Notes under the pieces: generated by a model | Told to the model about the DNA's origin: nothing | The model's database searches: none | The model's input: only the letters and a program-made list of their open reading frames with translations | Part shown: positions 23,339 to 36,150 of the stretch, in pieces | Layout of the letters: each line of letters starts with the position of its first letter | Position numbering within the stretch: position 1 is the first letter of the stretch | Assembly (NCBI GenBank): GCA_038087875.1 | Contig: CM075996.1 | Span: forward strand, 8,558,001-8,622,000 | From: Malacoraja senta | Taxonomy: Eukaryota | Length of the DNA stretch: 64,000 bases | Reading direction: 5' to 3' | Position numbers and translations under genes: made by a program

Positions 23339-23643
23339 GCGCCTGGTCCACAAGTTCAGGAACCACCAGCTGATCTGACACATGGCGGGGCTCGGAGCTG
23401 GTGCTGTCGGCCCTCATCCTGCCGGGAGCTTTCCGCCTCAGGCTGAAGCGGGAGCAGCCCGCGGCCGGGGACGGGAAGGCGGAGGAGGAGGAGGAGGCCG
23501 TGGCTCTGGGGGAGGTGACCGTGGGGACAGCGGAGGCAGGCGGCCCGGACAACGGGTCCCGGGAACGGCTGTCCGGCCCCGGGACTGAAGGGCAGCGGAG
23601 AGCGGAGCCGAGGCAGAACGCCCAGTGGATCACAAGGAGCTGA
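23339..23643 (+). pseudogene. SLC16A8: SLC16A8 (MCT3)-like degraded last exon
   Basis: RLVHKFRNHQLI*HMAG, then a frameshift to SELVLSALILPGAF...; resembles the MCT3 segment [21 protein letters not shown]; internal TGA and frameshift. Confidence 0.75.
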
Positions 23644-24253
23644 ACCCCGGGGACAGAGAATCCCCCCTCAATTAACCCCTCAGCCCGCTCACCTCCATCT
23701 CCCATTCCCTCTCACCCTCCCTCCCTCTCTCTCCCTCCCTCCCTCTCTCTCCCTCCTTCCCTCAGCCCGCTCACCTCCATCCCTCCCTCCCTCCGCCACC
23801 CACTGCTTCATCTCCAATCTTCAGCCACCACAGTTTAATTTGCCCCGTTCACAAGTAGTGATTCCCTCACTGAATCACACGCACGGCCCAGCTCACGAGT
23901 GAACACTGCACACACTCATCACAGCACTGTTCACAAGTCAGCACCCTGTCTCTAACTGAATCCACACACACACTACCGCTCACTGAATCACACACACTGC
24001 CCCTCACTGACTCCACATTCACTGGTGAACATAACACACCCCTCACAGCCCTGTTCACAATTGAGCACACGCAGTTTGCTGCCCTGCTCACTACTAAACA
24101 CCATTCTCTCGTCATTATTATCTCACCGGTGAACACGACAACTGCTCACTGCCTTATTCACAAGTGAGCATAGTGCACTGCTCCCCACCCTGCTCACTGA
24201 TAAACACACTGAGCACCCACTAGTGAACACACTGTCCATTGCTCACTGCCCTG

Positions 24254-24575
24254 CACACACACACACACACACACACAGACAGACAGACAGACAGACAGAC
24301 ACACACAAACACACACACACACACACGCACACACAGACAGACAGACACACACAAACACACACACACACACACGCACACACAGACAGACAGACAGACAGAC
24401 AGACACACACACACACACACACACGCACACACACAAACACAGACAGACAGACAGACACACACACACACACACACAGACAGACACACACACACAGACAGAC
24501 AGACACACACACACACACACACACACAGACAGACAGACAGACAGACAGACACACACACACACACACACACACACA
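24254..24575. repeat. (CA)n/(CAGA)n microsatellite
   Basis: Direct inspection. Confidence 0.95.
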
Positions 24576-27323
24576 GCGTGCCACTCACTCACTGACCCAT
24601 ATACACAGGAGTGGAAGTCAGTGACAGGATATTTCACCACCCTGTAGGGAAGCGGACAAGACCGTCTGTGGCTGTGGAGGTTCATCTTTATAAGCGATAG
24701 GAGCAGAATTAGGCCATTCGGCCCATCAAGTCTACACTTTCATTCAATCATGGCTGATCGATCTCTCCCTCTTAACCCCATTCTCCTGCCTTCTCCCCAG
24801 ATCCCCTGACACCCGTACTAATCAAGAATCTATCTCCGCCTTAAAAATATTCATTGACTTGGCCTCCACGGCCTTCTATGGCAAAGAATTCCACAGATTC
24901 ACCACCCTCTGACCAAACAAATCTCACCTCATCTCAGTTTAGTTTATTGTCAAGTGTACCGAGGTACAGTGAAAAGCCTTTGTTGCGTGCTATCCAGTCA
25001 GCGGAAAGACAATACATGATTACAATCGAGCCATTTACAGCGTACATGATCTTCCTAAAGGTACGTCTGTTAATTCTGGTACTATGACTCTCCCACTCGT
25101 GGAAACATCCTCTCCACATCCACTCTCTCCAGGATGTGATTTCTGATACAATACCTCCTCGGTGATTAGGAGCGACTGCAGAATATTCTGCAAGGGACAA
25201 CAACTGATGGACCATACCAGCACCAGCTGCGTGTGCAGAGGCAGAGAGGAGGTACAGTGAAAGTCCGAAGAAGGGTCTCGACCCGATACGTCGCCCCATT
25301 CCTTCTCTCCAGAGATCCGGCCGGATTTAGATGAAGAGAGGCCCTAGGCTGTTCCACTTGTCAGGCCCCTCCCAATCCCCCACGACTAGAGGAAGATGGT
25401 CCACCAGATTGATACCGATTTGCAGCCGAGCGTGGCCAATGAGATAAGGGGCTGGAAAGCTGCGCTTTTAATTTATTTATTCATTGCCAGTGCTAGTGTC
25501 GAGTTATCAGCTTAAAACACTATTATTCTGAAATGGAGGGCAAGGAAAATGACTGAAGAGTTGTTTAGAGACTACAGTGCTTTGTGACAGCATGTGTAAG
25601 AAAGGCCTAGGACTGTCAAAAATATTATACACCTTGCAGGGCTCTCGCTTAACTTTTTTCCTCTGTTGTCAGCCGGGCAACCTTGGCAGCTTTTTAAGTT
25701 GCTAAATGACAGTTTAGGTGGTCATTTAAGACGGCCTGCATGACTCGTGCGATACTGTGCTCGGACGAAGTGTGTAGTTACCAGTCGGAATCATGCTCAA
25801 TGAAGCGTTTACATATTATTTCTGCTTCAAATAAAGTCACAAACTAAACATATTCACCAATCAAGACATGATATATACCACAATGACATGCCGCAAAAAT
25901 TATAATACAGTATCTCAACTCTTTTTACACTTATCAATGAATGCAATTTCTATTATTTCTTTCCACTTCCAAACAAAAATCTGGTTGGATTATTCAGCGT
26001 ATGATCAACCTCGGTGAGACCAAGTGCAGGCTTGGCGATCACTTCGCACAACACCGCCACTCAGTTCGCAATAACCAACCTGATCTGCCGGTGGCTCAAC
26101 ACTTCAACTCCCCCTCCCATTCCGAATCCGACCTTTCTGTCCTGGGCCTCCTCCATGGTCAGAATGAGGCCCACAGCATATTGGAGGAGCAGCACCTCAT
26201 ATTTGCTTGGGTAGTTTACACCCCAGCGGTATGAACATTGGCTTCTCTAATTTCAGGTAGTCCTTGCTTTCTCCCTCCTTCCCCTCCTATTCCCAGCTCT
26301 CTCACAGCCTACTGTCTCCGCCTCATCCTTTCTTTTTCGTGTCCCCTCCCCCGACGTCAATCTGAAGAAGGGTCTCGACCCGAAACTTCGTCTATTTCAT
26401 TCGCTCCATAGATGCTGCCTTACCCGCTGAGTTTCTCCAGCATTTTTGTCTACCCATTCACACAAGTTCTGTTATCCCACTTTCCTCACCCACTCCCTAC
26501 ACATTAGGGACAATTTTACAGAGACAAGTTAACCTACAAAGCCAATGCATCCTTGGGATGTGGGAGGAAACCCACACACTTGCAGGGAGAATAATAATAA
26601 TAATAATAGATTTTATTTTAAGGGCACCTAATACCGAGGTCTCTAAGACACAATTTAAGAAACATATATGAACATATAATCAGAGTAAAACAAGTTATAA
26701 AGGCATCACAAATACACAAATTAAATGTGCAAATTCAACACAGACAGTGCCCGAGGACAGGATCGAACACAGATCTCTGGTGTGTGAGGCAGCAAGTCTA
26801 CCAGCTGTGCCACTATATTTTGTTTTCCAACACACAAAAAATAAATGTTGATAATTTTGGTTACTGAAAAAATTTAAATATCCATTTTCAGTTTTACATA
26901 TCCAAGTGACGCTATGTCCCCCTTTACAGCTACTGTATGTTTTAATTCAGTTCAAGACAATGGGGCAGTACATTGGCCATAAAGTTGCTGCCTAAAAGTG
27001 CCAGAGATCAGGAATTGATCCTGAATATGGGTGCTGTCTGTATGAAGTTTTTGCTCCTTTTCTCTTTGATCGCATGGGTTTTCTCTGGGTGCTCTTGTTT
27101 CCTTCCACATTCCAAAGGTGTGCAGGAACCTATTTCAGACCCAACCCAAAACGTAATATTTTCCTTTTGTCCAGAGATTCAGTCTGACCTGTTACTCCAG
27201 CTTTTTGTGTCTATCTTCAGTTTAAACCAGCATCTGCAGTTCCTTCCTACACACACGATACTATACGATAGAACTTTATTAATCCCAGGAGGGAAATTGT
27301 GTGTGTGGGTATATATATTATAT

Positions 27324-27355
<32 letters not shown>

Positions 27356-28323
27356 TTATACATATTCATATATAAATATACACCATTTTGTTTTCTCGTT
27401 TATAACATTGTTTACAGAGTACTATGTTTACATATTCCGTTGTGCTGCTGCAAGTAAGGATTTCATTGTTCTAACTGGGACGTGAGAATAAAACACTCTT
27501 GACTTATGTCGTTAATGTGTGGGATAGAACTCGTGTACGGGTGATCGGAGGTGAGAATGGACTCGGTGGGCCGAAGGGCCTGTTTCCACGCTGTATGTTC
27601 CACGCTAAACTAGTAATTAAACTAAAAACACTAAAACCAGAGGGAGTCTAAAGAAGGGTCTCTACCCGAAACGTCACCGCAGGTTCGATTTTATCCTTTA
27701 AAAATAGATTGGATGGGGATATGGACGGGAAAGGAATGGAGGGTTATGGTCTGAGTGCAGGTAGATGGGACTAGGGGGAAGTATTTTTTTTTGTTTTAAA
27801 TATGAAAAAATTGTTTGGCACGGACTTGAAGGGCCGAGATGGCCTGTTTCCGTGCTGTAATGGTTATATGGTTATATGGTCACCCAATTTCTTCTATCCA
27901 GAGTTGCTGGCTGCTCCATGGCGTCCCCCCGCACAATTAAAGCATGGAATAGTCTTCACCCTACCATAGTTACCCAACCAGACGCAACTACATTTAAGGT
28001 ACCTCTTTTTTCCCCAAGAACCGTTTTTTGCTTAAGTCCGTCAAGAGTCAAGAGAGTTTTATTGTCATGTGTCCCAGATAGGACAATGCCATTCTTGCTT
28101 GCTGCAGCACAACAGAATATGTAAACATAATACAGAACAGGAGATAAAAGTTCAGTGTGTTTATATATCATAGACCATATACATACACAATAAATAAACA
28201 GATAAAATGCAATAGGCTCTTATCGTTCGGAGTTAGGAGTTTGGTGATGGACCCTCCACCAACTCCAGTTTAAATTCCATTTAGAATATTTTTGGAGGAC
28301 CAGGAAACCAGAAGCAAGAGGTA

Positions 28324-28798
28324 AGGGCCTGTCCCACCAGCATGCGATTGCATGCGTCTAGCGCGACCAAACGTGGTCGCTTGAGGCGTACGGCCGCGCG
28401 GGGCCGGTCCCACTTCGAAGCGCGGAGGCGTATGGAGTTGTGCGGGGCTGGTCCCGACATCGCGCGGGGCTCCGAAAATCCTGCACTGTCCGAAAATTCC
28501 GCGCGCCAACGGCCTGTCGGGCCGCAGGCGCATTGCGGGCGTACGCAGCGTCTTGACGGCGTACGAAGCGTCTTGACGGCGTACGCCTAGCGTGTGGCGT
28601 TGCGCGATGACGTGCGACGTCCAAATTCAGTTGGCCCGCCTCCTGCCCAGCTGATTGGTGAGTATGATGTCGAGACCAGCCCCGCACAACTCCAAACGCC
28701 TCCGCGGATCGAAGTGGGACTGGCCCCGCGCGGCCTTACAAGCGACCACGTTTGGTCGCGCTAGACGCATGCAATCGCATGCTGGTGGGACAGGCCCT
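28324..28798. mobile_element. Harbinger-type MITE with long imperfect TIRs
   Basis: Ends AGGGCCTGTCCCAC ... GTGGGACAGGCCCT; inverted arms over 100 bp; flanks gta/tta. Confidence 0.85.
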
Positions 28799-29800
28799 TT
28801 ACTCCAGGGAGATACTCCAGCTCCAGGGAGTTGAACGGTAGGTGTCCTGCCTTGGCCGGAGGCCACCTAGATTTCGAGGCCCTAGGCTTCAGCCTATGAA
28901 GCCTAGTGGTAATTCCGGCCCTGCCGCTGAGTTACTCCAGCTTTTTGTGTCTATTTCCAATTGAGAGGCTTCGAGGTTGCAAAATTGATTAAAAGACAGT
29001 TCGTGAAAGAGGGGCGGTCTGTGGTTTAATCCCTAATCCACACACCTGCGAGGATAAAACCCCGGACAGTAACAACACCTGTACGCTGTCCGGCGGGAGA
29101 GATGTGCGGCAGGTGCCCGGGGGATGGGACTAGTCCTCGAGAGAGGTGAATGGAAGTGCAAGGACTGGTGACCAACATCCTCACTGTGATCTTCACTGGA
29201 CAGTGTGTGTGTGTGTGTGTGTGTTGTGGGGGGTGTCACAGCAAAGACAGACGAGCAGAACAACTACCAGAAGGGCGGCACGGTGGTGCAGCGGTAGAGT
29301 TGCTGCCAAACAGCGCTAGAGACCCGGGTTCGATCCTGACTACGGGCGCTGTCTGTCCGGTTTGTTCGTTCGCCCCGTGATTGCCCCGAGTGTTAGTGTG
29401 CAGGGATCGCTGGTCGGTGCGGACTCGGTGGGCCGAAGGGCCTGTTCCGCGCGATATCTCTAAACTAAAAGTAAACTGGGAGTAATTTAGCAGTAACGTT
29501 CTCATGATGGATGCTTAACTGGCCTTCACTGTACTTTCCTGTGTTTTTCTCCATCTAAACAGAGGAGTCATGTTTTTCTGAGGAGAGCCACACGTAATAG
29601 ACACAAAAAGCTGGAGTAACTCAGCAGGACAGGCAGCATCTCTGGAGAGAAGGAATAGGTGACGTTTCGGGTCGAGACCCTTCCTCAGACTCGGGGAGGA
29701 TGGTTCCTTTAGCTGGGGGTTTAAAGCCACGGTCTCAGAATTTGGGCTTCTTCTTGCGTATGGCGTGCACAGCCTAAAGTTGTCGGACAACTTGTTCTAT

Positions 29801-30701
29801 AGGGGGGGTTGCACGTAAGGTCACTGGCTCATAGGCTTGACGCACGGAGCCGCTCAATCCATCTGGAGGACATCCGTCACTTCCGGTATATGTTATTAAT
29901 GCAAGAAACGCGTACTTTCCTACCTGTTAAAAACCGCCAAAATGTTGAATTTTTTCGCTGTAAAAAATTGTGGAAGTCGGGGTAAGTGTGAGAGACATGT
30001 ACCCAACTTCAGAATTCCAAAAGTGAAGCGAAATGAAGGTAAAGAGAAGCAAGAGCTGAAGGGACAACAACAGCTAAAGTGCTTGGCGAACATTGGCCGT
30101 GCAGATATCGGAATTGAAAATATTGGGAATTATCGCGTTTGCTCACTGTATTTCATCAACAGTAAGGCATTATTTGTGGTTTTTCTTGATTCCTTTGGTG
30201 TCTAAAAAGTCTCAGAAGTGATAAATCTGGCTGTAAATTTTGCTTCAGAGGCGTTTTCTTTTTGTATGTAAAAACCCACTTGAGAACCAGGGGCGATTTT
30301 TAAATTTTACAGACAGATTTATCATTTCTGAAACTTTTTAGATGCCAAAGGAATCAAGAAAAAACACAATTGATGCCTTAGTTGATGAAATGCAGTGAGC
30401 AAACGGCCAATGTTCGACAAACAATTTGGCTGTTGTTGTCCCTTCAGCTCTTGCTTCTATCTACCGTCATTTCTCCTCACTTTTGGAATTCTGAAGTAGG
30501 AAAAATGTCTCTCACGCTTATCCCGATTTCCATAATTATTTACAGCGCAAAAATTGACAATTTCGGCGGGTTTTAACGGGCCCCCTACGCTGAAAACAAT
30601 GGTAAGTGCTTACCTGCAGTTCATCGCGTGTACTCCACTTGGCGTAGCGTAGCAACAGTACGGGTCATGGGGTCGTGACCCGACTGCCGTGAAACCTCCC
30701 T
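29801..30701. mobile_element. ISL2EU-like non-autonomous DNA transposon with two inward-facing THAP-domain remnants
   Basis: Ends AGGG...CCCT, AT TSD; ORF 29942-30205 (...FRIPKVKRNEG...YRVCSLYF) is THAP-like, with a paralogous remnant on the opposite strand. Confidence 0.7.
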
Positions 30702-30733
30702 ATTTGATCTTATTTGATTGTGCACGCCGGGTT

Positions 30734-30787
30734 GATTGCATTTGTCGAAACAGGGCGGACCACGTGAAGGTTGCAATCTCCCACCCC
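30734..30787 (-). ncRNA. Predicted minimal HDV-like (CPEB3-type) self-cleaving ribozyme, 54 nt
   Basis: GGGGUGG(P1) GA GAUUGCA(P2) ACC(P3) UUCACGU(L3) GGU CCGCCCU(P1') GU UUCG A CAAA UGCAAUC(P2'). All helices pair, with a G1-U wobble and the catalytic C in J4/2. Confidence 0.85.
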
Positions 30788-33700
30788 AGAATTTGGGCTA
30801 AGATGTTAGAACTGAGATGAGATGGAACTTTACTCAGAGGGTATGAACGTGGAGTTTGTTATTGCAGAAGCTGGTGAAGGTCAAGCACTAATACTGTCAG
30901 TAGATGATTGGACACAGAGGGATCAAGGGGAGAGTGGCAACATAATACGGAGATGGAGCACCCACCATGATCAACTTGAATGATGGGATGGGTACGAAGG
31001 GCTGAATGGCCTACTTCTGCTCCTATCGTTTTTGTGTATCTATGGTGACCACTGCAAATAAAAAAAGGTTAAGAAAACTAGTAGTGAAATTAAATGATTC
31101 GTTTTTTAGTTTTAATTTTAGAGGTATAGCCCTTCGGCCTACTGAGTCTGCGCCGACCAGCGATCCCTGTACACCGGCTCTATCCAGGGACAATTTACAA
31201 TTTTAACAAAACCAATTAACATACAAACCTGTAAGTCTTTGGAATGTGGGTGGAAACCGGAGCACCCGGGGAAAACCCACGCAGTCACAGGGAGAACGTA
31301 CAAACTCCGTGCAGACAGCACCCGTAGTCAGGATCGAACCCGGGTCCAACGAGGAGCGCGGAAGGGGGAAGAGAAGTGGGGAGAAGGAGTGGAGACATTT
31401 TTAAGAAACCAGCCAACTTATAATAAAGTTTAGCGGGCATTTAACATTACCAGTTGGTTTTCCTTGGTCCTGAAAACTCCAATGAGCCAATTAAAATGCC
31501 CAGTCAGCAAAGAAGATTGCCTACGGCTGCCCTCGACTGCCTGTAACTAAATAGCGACCCCACTCCACTGCACTACAAGTTCAAAAGAACGATACCGACT
31601 CGCGGGAAAAATTTCAGCATCCTCGACCAAACTGAGGCCATGAATAGGCTGGAACTTCCTTCGACCATGAAGGAGAGTTCCAGTGACCTCATAGGACCTC
31701 CCAGGACCACGTGTCGACCATGCTGCAAGTTTGAGTCCAGGGCAAACTCTTCTAAACTCGCAGATTAGGTCGCCGAAGTGGGACAGCCCCTTAATGTATT
31801 TAAGTTTGCTGTTGACACTCAAATATGTGGGAGAGCACGTTGTGATGAGGTCTCTAAGAAGATATGGATAGATTGAGTGAATGGATGAAAATTTGGCAAG
31901 TGGAGCTTAGTGGAAAAGTGTGAGATCATGCACTTCAGTAAAAGAAGTCAAAAGGCAGGCTATATTCTAGATGGAGAGAGGTACACTTGTGAAGAAGGCA
32001 TATGGTATGCTTGCCTTCATTGGTCAGTGCATTGTGTGGAAGAGTGTGTTCCCATGAAAACCATCCGAATGATCCCCTACCAGAAGCCTTGGATGAACCA
32101 GGTGGTCCACAATCTTCTGAGGCATTGAAGTCTGGCGATGCAGATTAACATAATGTCCAGATATGATCTCAATATGGCCATGAAAAAACCTAAAAAGGGA
32201 CCGCTCTAAACCAGAAGACAAGATGGACATTCACCAGCTGTGGCAGGACTTGCACGGCATCACTTCCTACAAGGTAAAATCAGGTGGCAGCTCAAATGAC
32301 AGTGAGGCATCACTCCTGGAAGAACTCAATGCGATAGGTAGATACCATAGCCCCCAATGATATTGCAATCTCAGTCACCGAGTTCAACATCAAAAGATCC
32401 TTCAGCAGGGTGAACCCTCGGAAAGCCTCTGGACTCAATGGTGTACTTGGTCATGTTCTCATAACCTACGTGGACCATCGGCTGGATTTTTTGTGGACAT
32501 TTTCAACCTCACATTATTGAGGTCCGAGGTCCCAACCTGCTTTTAAATGACTTCATTAATTCCTGTGCCCAAGAATAGTAAGGTGACATGCCTCGGTGGT
32601 CATTGAGGCATGTCACCTTACTCTTCTTGGGCTCAGGTATTAATGCTTGTCCTGCTGAGTTACTCCAGCATTTTGTGTCTATCATCAGGCTATTGAACAT
32701 TACGAACTAAATTCTGAGCTATGAACTAGCTTGATTGTACCAGGGACTTTGGATATGCAGGGAATGAAGGAATATGAATTATGTTCAGGCAGATAAATGT
32801 TGGTCTTGTGGCCATATTCGGCACAGACATTGTGGGCCGATGGACCTATTCCTGTGCTGTGCTGCTATAAGTACTAGATTGCAAATGAATGTAATACTAG
32901 GACGATCTAGATGTCCTTCTTCACTGTCCATGGAAAGTTAACCAGCGGCTGCAACAAGTAGTTTAGAGATACAGCATGGGACAGCACAATGGTGCAGCGG
33001 TAGAGTTGCTGCCTTCCAACGTTAGTGACCTGGGTTTGATCCTGACTCCAGGTGCTGTCAATATGGAGTTTGCATGTTCTCCCTGTGATTGCTTGGGTTA
33101 TCTCCAGATGCTCCGGTTTCCTCGTACTGATCACTGGTTGGCGTGGACTCGGTGGGCCAAATGCCCTATTTCCATGTTGTATCTCTAATCTAAACTAAAC
33201 AGGCCCTTCAGCCCAGTAGGTTCACGCCAGTCATTTATCACACCCATTCTATATTATCCCACATTCACTTTGGATACATACACATTAGGGGCAATTTGCT
33301 GAAACCAATTAACCTACAAACTTGCACGTCTTTGGAATGTGGGAGGAAACTGGAGCACTTGGAGAAAATCCATGTGGTCACAGGGACACCGTACAAACTC
33401 TGCACAGACAGCACCCGTAGTCAGGATGGAACCCAGATCTCTGACGCTGCGAGGCAGCAGCTCTACTGCTGCCCCTCTGTGCTGAATGGGTTTACTAGTT
33501 AGAAAGGCGTTTGGAAACATGGCCTTTCCTGTAAGAGGATTGGGGTTTAGAAATAGCTCATGAGGAGAGTGACTTTGAATTGATAGATTTGTAGGAGTGG
33601 AGCAGTGCAGCCCTGTGAGAGAGGGAAGGATGAGACAGTGTTTAATGGAGTGAGTAGGAGGTTAATGGAAGGTAGACAAAAATGCTGGAGAAACCCGGCG

Positions 33701-34189
33701 GGTGAGGCAGCATCTATGGAGAGAAGGAGTAGGCGACGTTTCGGGTCGAGACCCAGGGGTCTCCACAGCTCTCCATAGATGCTGCATCACCCGCTGACTT
33801 TCTCCAGCATTTTTGTCCACCTTCCATTTTTCCAGCATCTGCAGTTCTTTCATGAACAGGAGGTTAATGGAAGTCATTCGCTGATCTTGGTCCAGGAATG
33901 ATTCTGGGGTGGTTTCTGCTGCCCGCTGACTGACCAGAGTACCTTTAATATCTGGAATAGAGAAAAACAACAGAAAACCTCTCAATGTTCATCGTTACTT
34001 AACGTTTTGTTGTTATTTTACAACTGATTCCAGATGGGAAAAGAACAGTGCACTCACTTCCCTCTATCTCTCTCTCCTCATCAGATATGCGTGGACAGCT
34101 TCTGAAGCGGATCCAGACCTAGGTGAGAAAGATGGAGCGAGCTGTGATTGTTTCTATTATACGAGTTCCTCAGGTAAGTTTTAATTCTT

Positions 34190-34195
34190 TTTATT
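34190..34195 (-). terminator. Candidate polyadenylation signal (AATAAA) for C22orf23
   Basis: tttatt on the + strand, about 20 nt after the stop codon. Confidence 0.5.
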
Positions 34196-34213
34196 TTGAT
34201 ATCTGGCATAAAG

Positions 34214-34312
34214 CTATGAGCAAGCATATTCTTTCTTCATCTTGTCCATCTCCATTTGTTGCTTCAACTCACTGCTCCTCCTTCTGTCGATCTCCTCCAT
34301 CTCCCGCAGTTT
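34214..34312 (-). CDS. C22orf23: C22orf23 last exon: KLREMEEIDRRRSSELKQQMEMDKMKKEYACS*
   Basis: ttgtag acceptor, TAG stop. The six exons sum to 666 nt = 221 aa plus stop. Confidence 0.9.
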   Translation of the reverse strand, partial: KLREMEEIDRRRSSELKQQMEMDKMKKEYACS

Positions 34313-35124
34313 CTACAATGGACACACATGTTATTCGACAAGAACCAAGTAACCCGTGAAGATTATTATCCCTTGACTAAACCTCACTGATTGATGCAAA
34401 CTGTTAATACAATGAACCACTGTATATTCCTGTCTGAATCATTAAATAGTTAATGGCAAATGGGGCTGAAGAAGTGGATGGAGAGAGGTAGGAGTGAGTG
34501 AGAGAGAGAGAAGGTATGCAGGGAATCAGAATGAGATACAAGAAACTGCAGATGCTGCAATCCTGACCAAAACACAAAGTGCCAGAGGAACTCAGCAGGT
34601 CTGACAGCATCTGCGGAAGGAATGGACAGGAGATGTTGCAAGTCGGGGCCCTTCTTCAGACTGGGAATGAGAAGGGGTGAGGGGTCCACTGGGAACGAAG
34701 AGTATTTTAAGTATTCACCTTAATACTGGTTCTCGATTCCCCCACTCTGGGCAAGCGACTCTACGCGTCCACCTGCTCTATTCCTTTGATGATTTTGTAC
34801 ACTATAAATCACCCCTCATCCTCCTGCACTCCAAGGAATAGAGTCCTAGCCTGCTCAACCACTCCCAATAGCTCAGGCCCTCGAGTCCTGGCAACTTCCG
34901 TGTCAATCTTCTGTGACTTCACTTAAATTCGGCTTCACTTTAATTCCACACTCACCAAGATCTGGAGACAAGCAAACCACTCTTACATGTACGTGCCAGG
35001 AGGCAGCTAGTGATCTCGCCCCATGTCCTGTAGGTACGCCACCAACCTAGTTAAGGCAATGTGAACAATGTCTACATTTCTCCTTCAATGGAGAGCTGTA
35101 GCTCTGTAGATGGTTCCTCAGTTA

Positions 35125-35426
35125 AGGGCCTGTCCCACTTTCCCGAGTTACTCACAAATTCTCCCGAGTTTTCCCCTTGATTCAAATTCGGAGAATGTCC
35201 GTAACGAGTCCGTAGGAGTCCATAGATATATCGTAGCGGTTCGTTATGCCAGCCTAGGTACTCGGGGCATCAGGTAAGTCGGGACGTTTTTTCCAGCACG
35301 ACAAAAAAGTCCACGAGTAAAAAGATAGTCGGGAGGAGGAGTTCGTAGATCACAAAAATCTAGATTTTTTTTTTTTTAAAGGTCCTTTCAACTCGGCAGA
35401 GGACTCGGGAAAGTGGGACAGGCCCT
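35125..35426. mobile_element. Harbinger-type MITE
   Basis: TIR AGGGCCTGTCCCACTTTCCCGAGT; perfect TTA TSD. Confidence 0.88.
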
Positions 35427-36049
35427 TTACTCATCTGTGTCCCCTTGAACTTAGGTCAAGCCTTCCAGAGGAGGAGGAGGAAGTCTTCATTTAAAAAGTC
35501 AAGAGGACTTTTTAAAGACTTTACAGACTTTAGACATACAGTGCAGAAACAGGACCTTCGGCACACCGAGTCGGCGCCAACCAGCGATCATCCCGGACAT
35601 TAACACTATCCTACCCATTAGGGACAATTTGCCACTTTTTTACCGAAGCCAATTAACCGATAAACCTGTACGTCTTTGAAATGTGGGAAGAAACCAGAGC
35701 ACCCGGAGAAAACCCACGTGGTCACAGAGAGAACGTACAAACTCCATACAGACAGCATCTGTAGTCAGAATCGAAGCCAGATCTCTGGCGCTGTAAGGCA
35801 GCAGCTCTACCGCTGCACCACCGTGCCGCTCCAAATGACCTGATGGGGAATATTTTGGGGAGTAAGTCCCATGATGGGAGTAGGTCCAGGCTCTGTCACG
35901 ATCTGACTGTACACTCTTTCCTGGCTCTGGCCAGGAACCAAACCTAACACTGGATTCACTCACGGTTGTACCCATGATGAAGTAGACTGCAAGTGCAGCA
36001 GAGGGAAATGTTTGAGATGGCTGCTTGCTCCATGTTCACCCCACAGTAC

Positions 36050-36150
36050 CTGGGAAATCTCAGTGTGAATGAGTCCGCGGAATTCCTTCCCTCGACCAAA
36101 AGATTCCATTTGCTCCAGGAACTGCCGTCTCTCTTCAATCTCATCGCACA
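36050..36150 (-). CDS. C22orf23: C22orf23 exon 5: (L)CDEIEERRQFLEQMESFGRGKEFRGLIHTEISQ
   Basis: cccag acceptor, gtactg donor; 101 nt, phase 1 to 0. Confidence 0.92.

Larger units (their letters stand above)
29749..30787 (-). mobile_element. ~136-nt ribozyme-headed short retroposon, interrupted by a 901-bp DNA transposon
   Basis: Perfect 12-bp TSD AGAATTTGGGCT (29737-29748 and 30788-30799); short (AAG)n 3' tail; uninterrupted paralogue at 19823-19956. Confidence 0.85.

Noticed and set aside
34034..34173. Possible + strand exon (ttccag ... cag|gtaagt) just past the C22orf23 3' end
   Set aside because: Good-looking splice sites and an open frame, but no recognisable peptide or partner exons; cannot be supported without RNA data.
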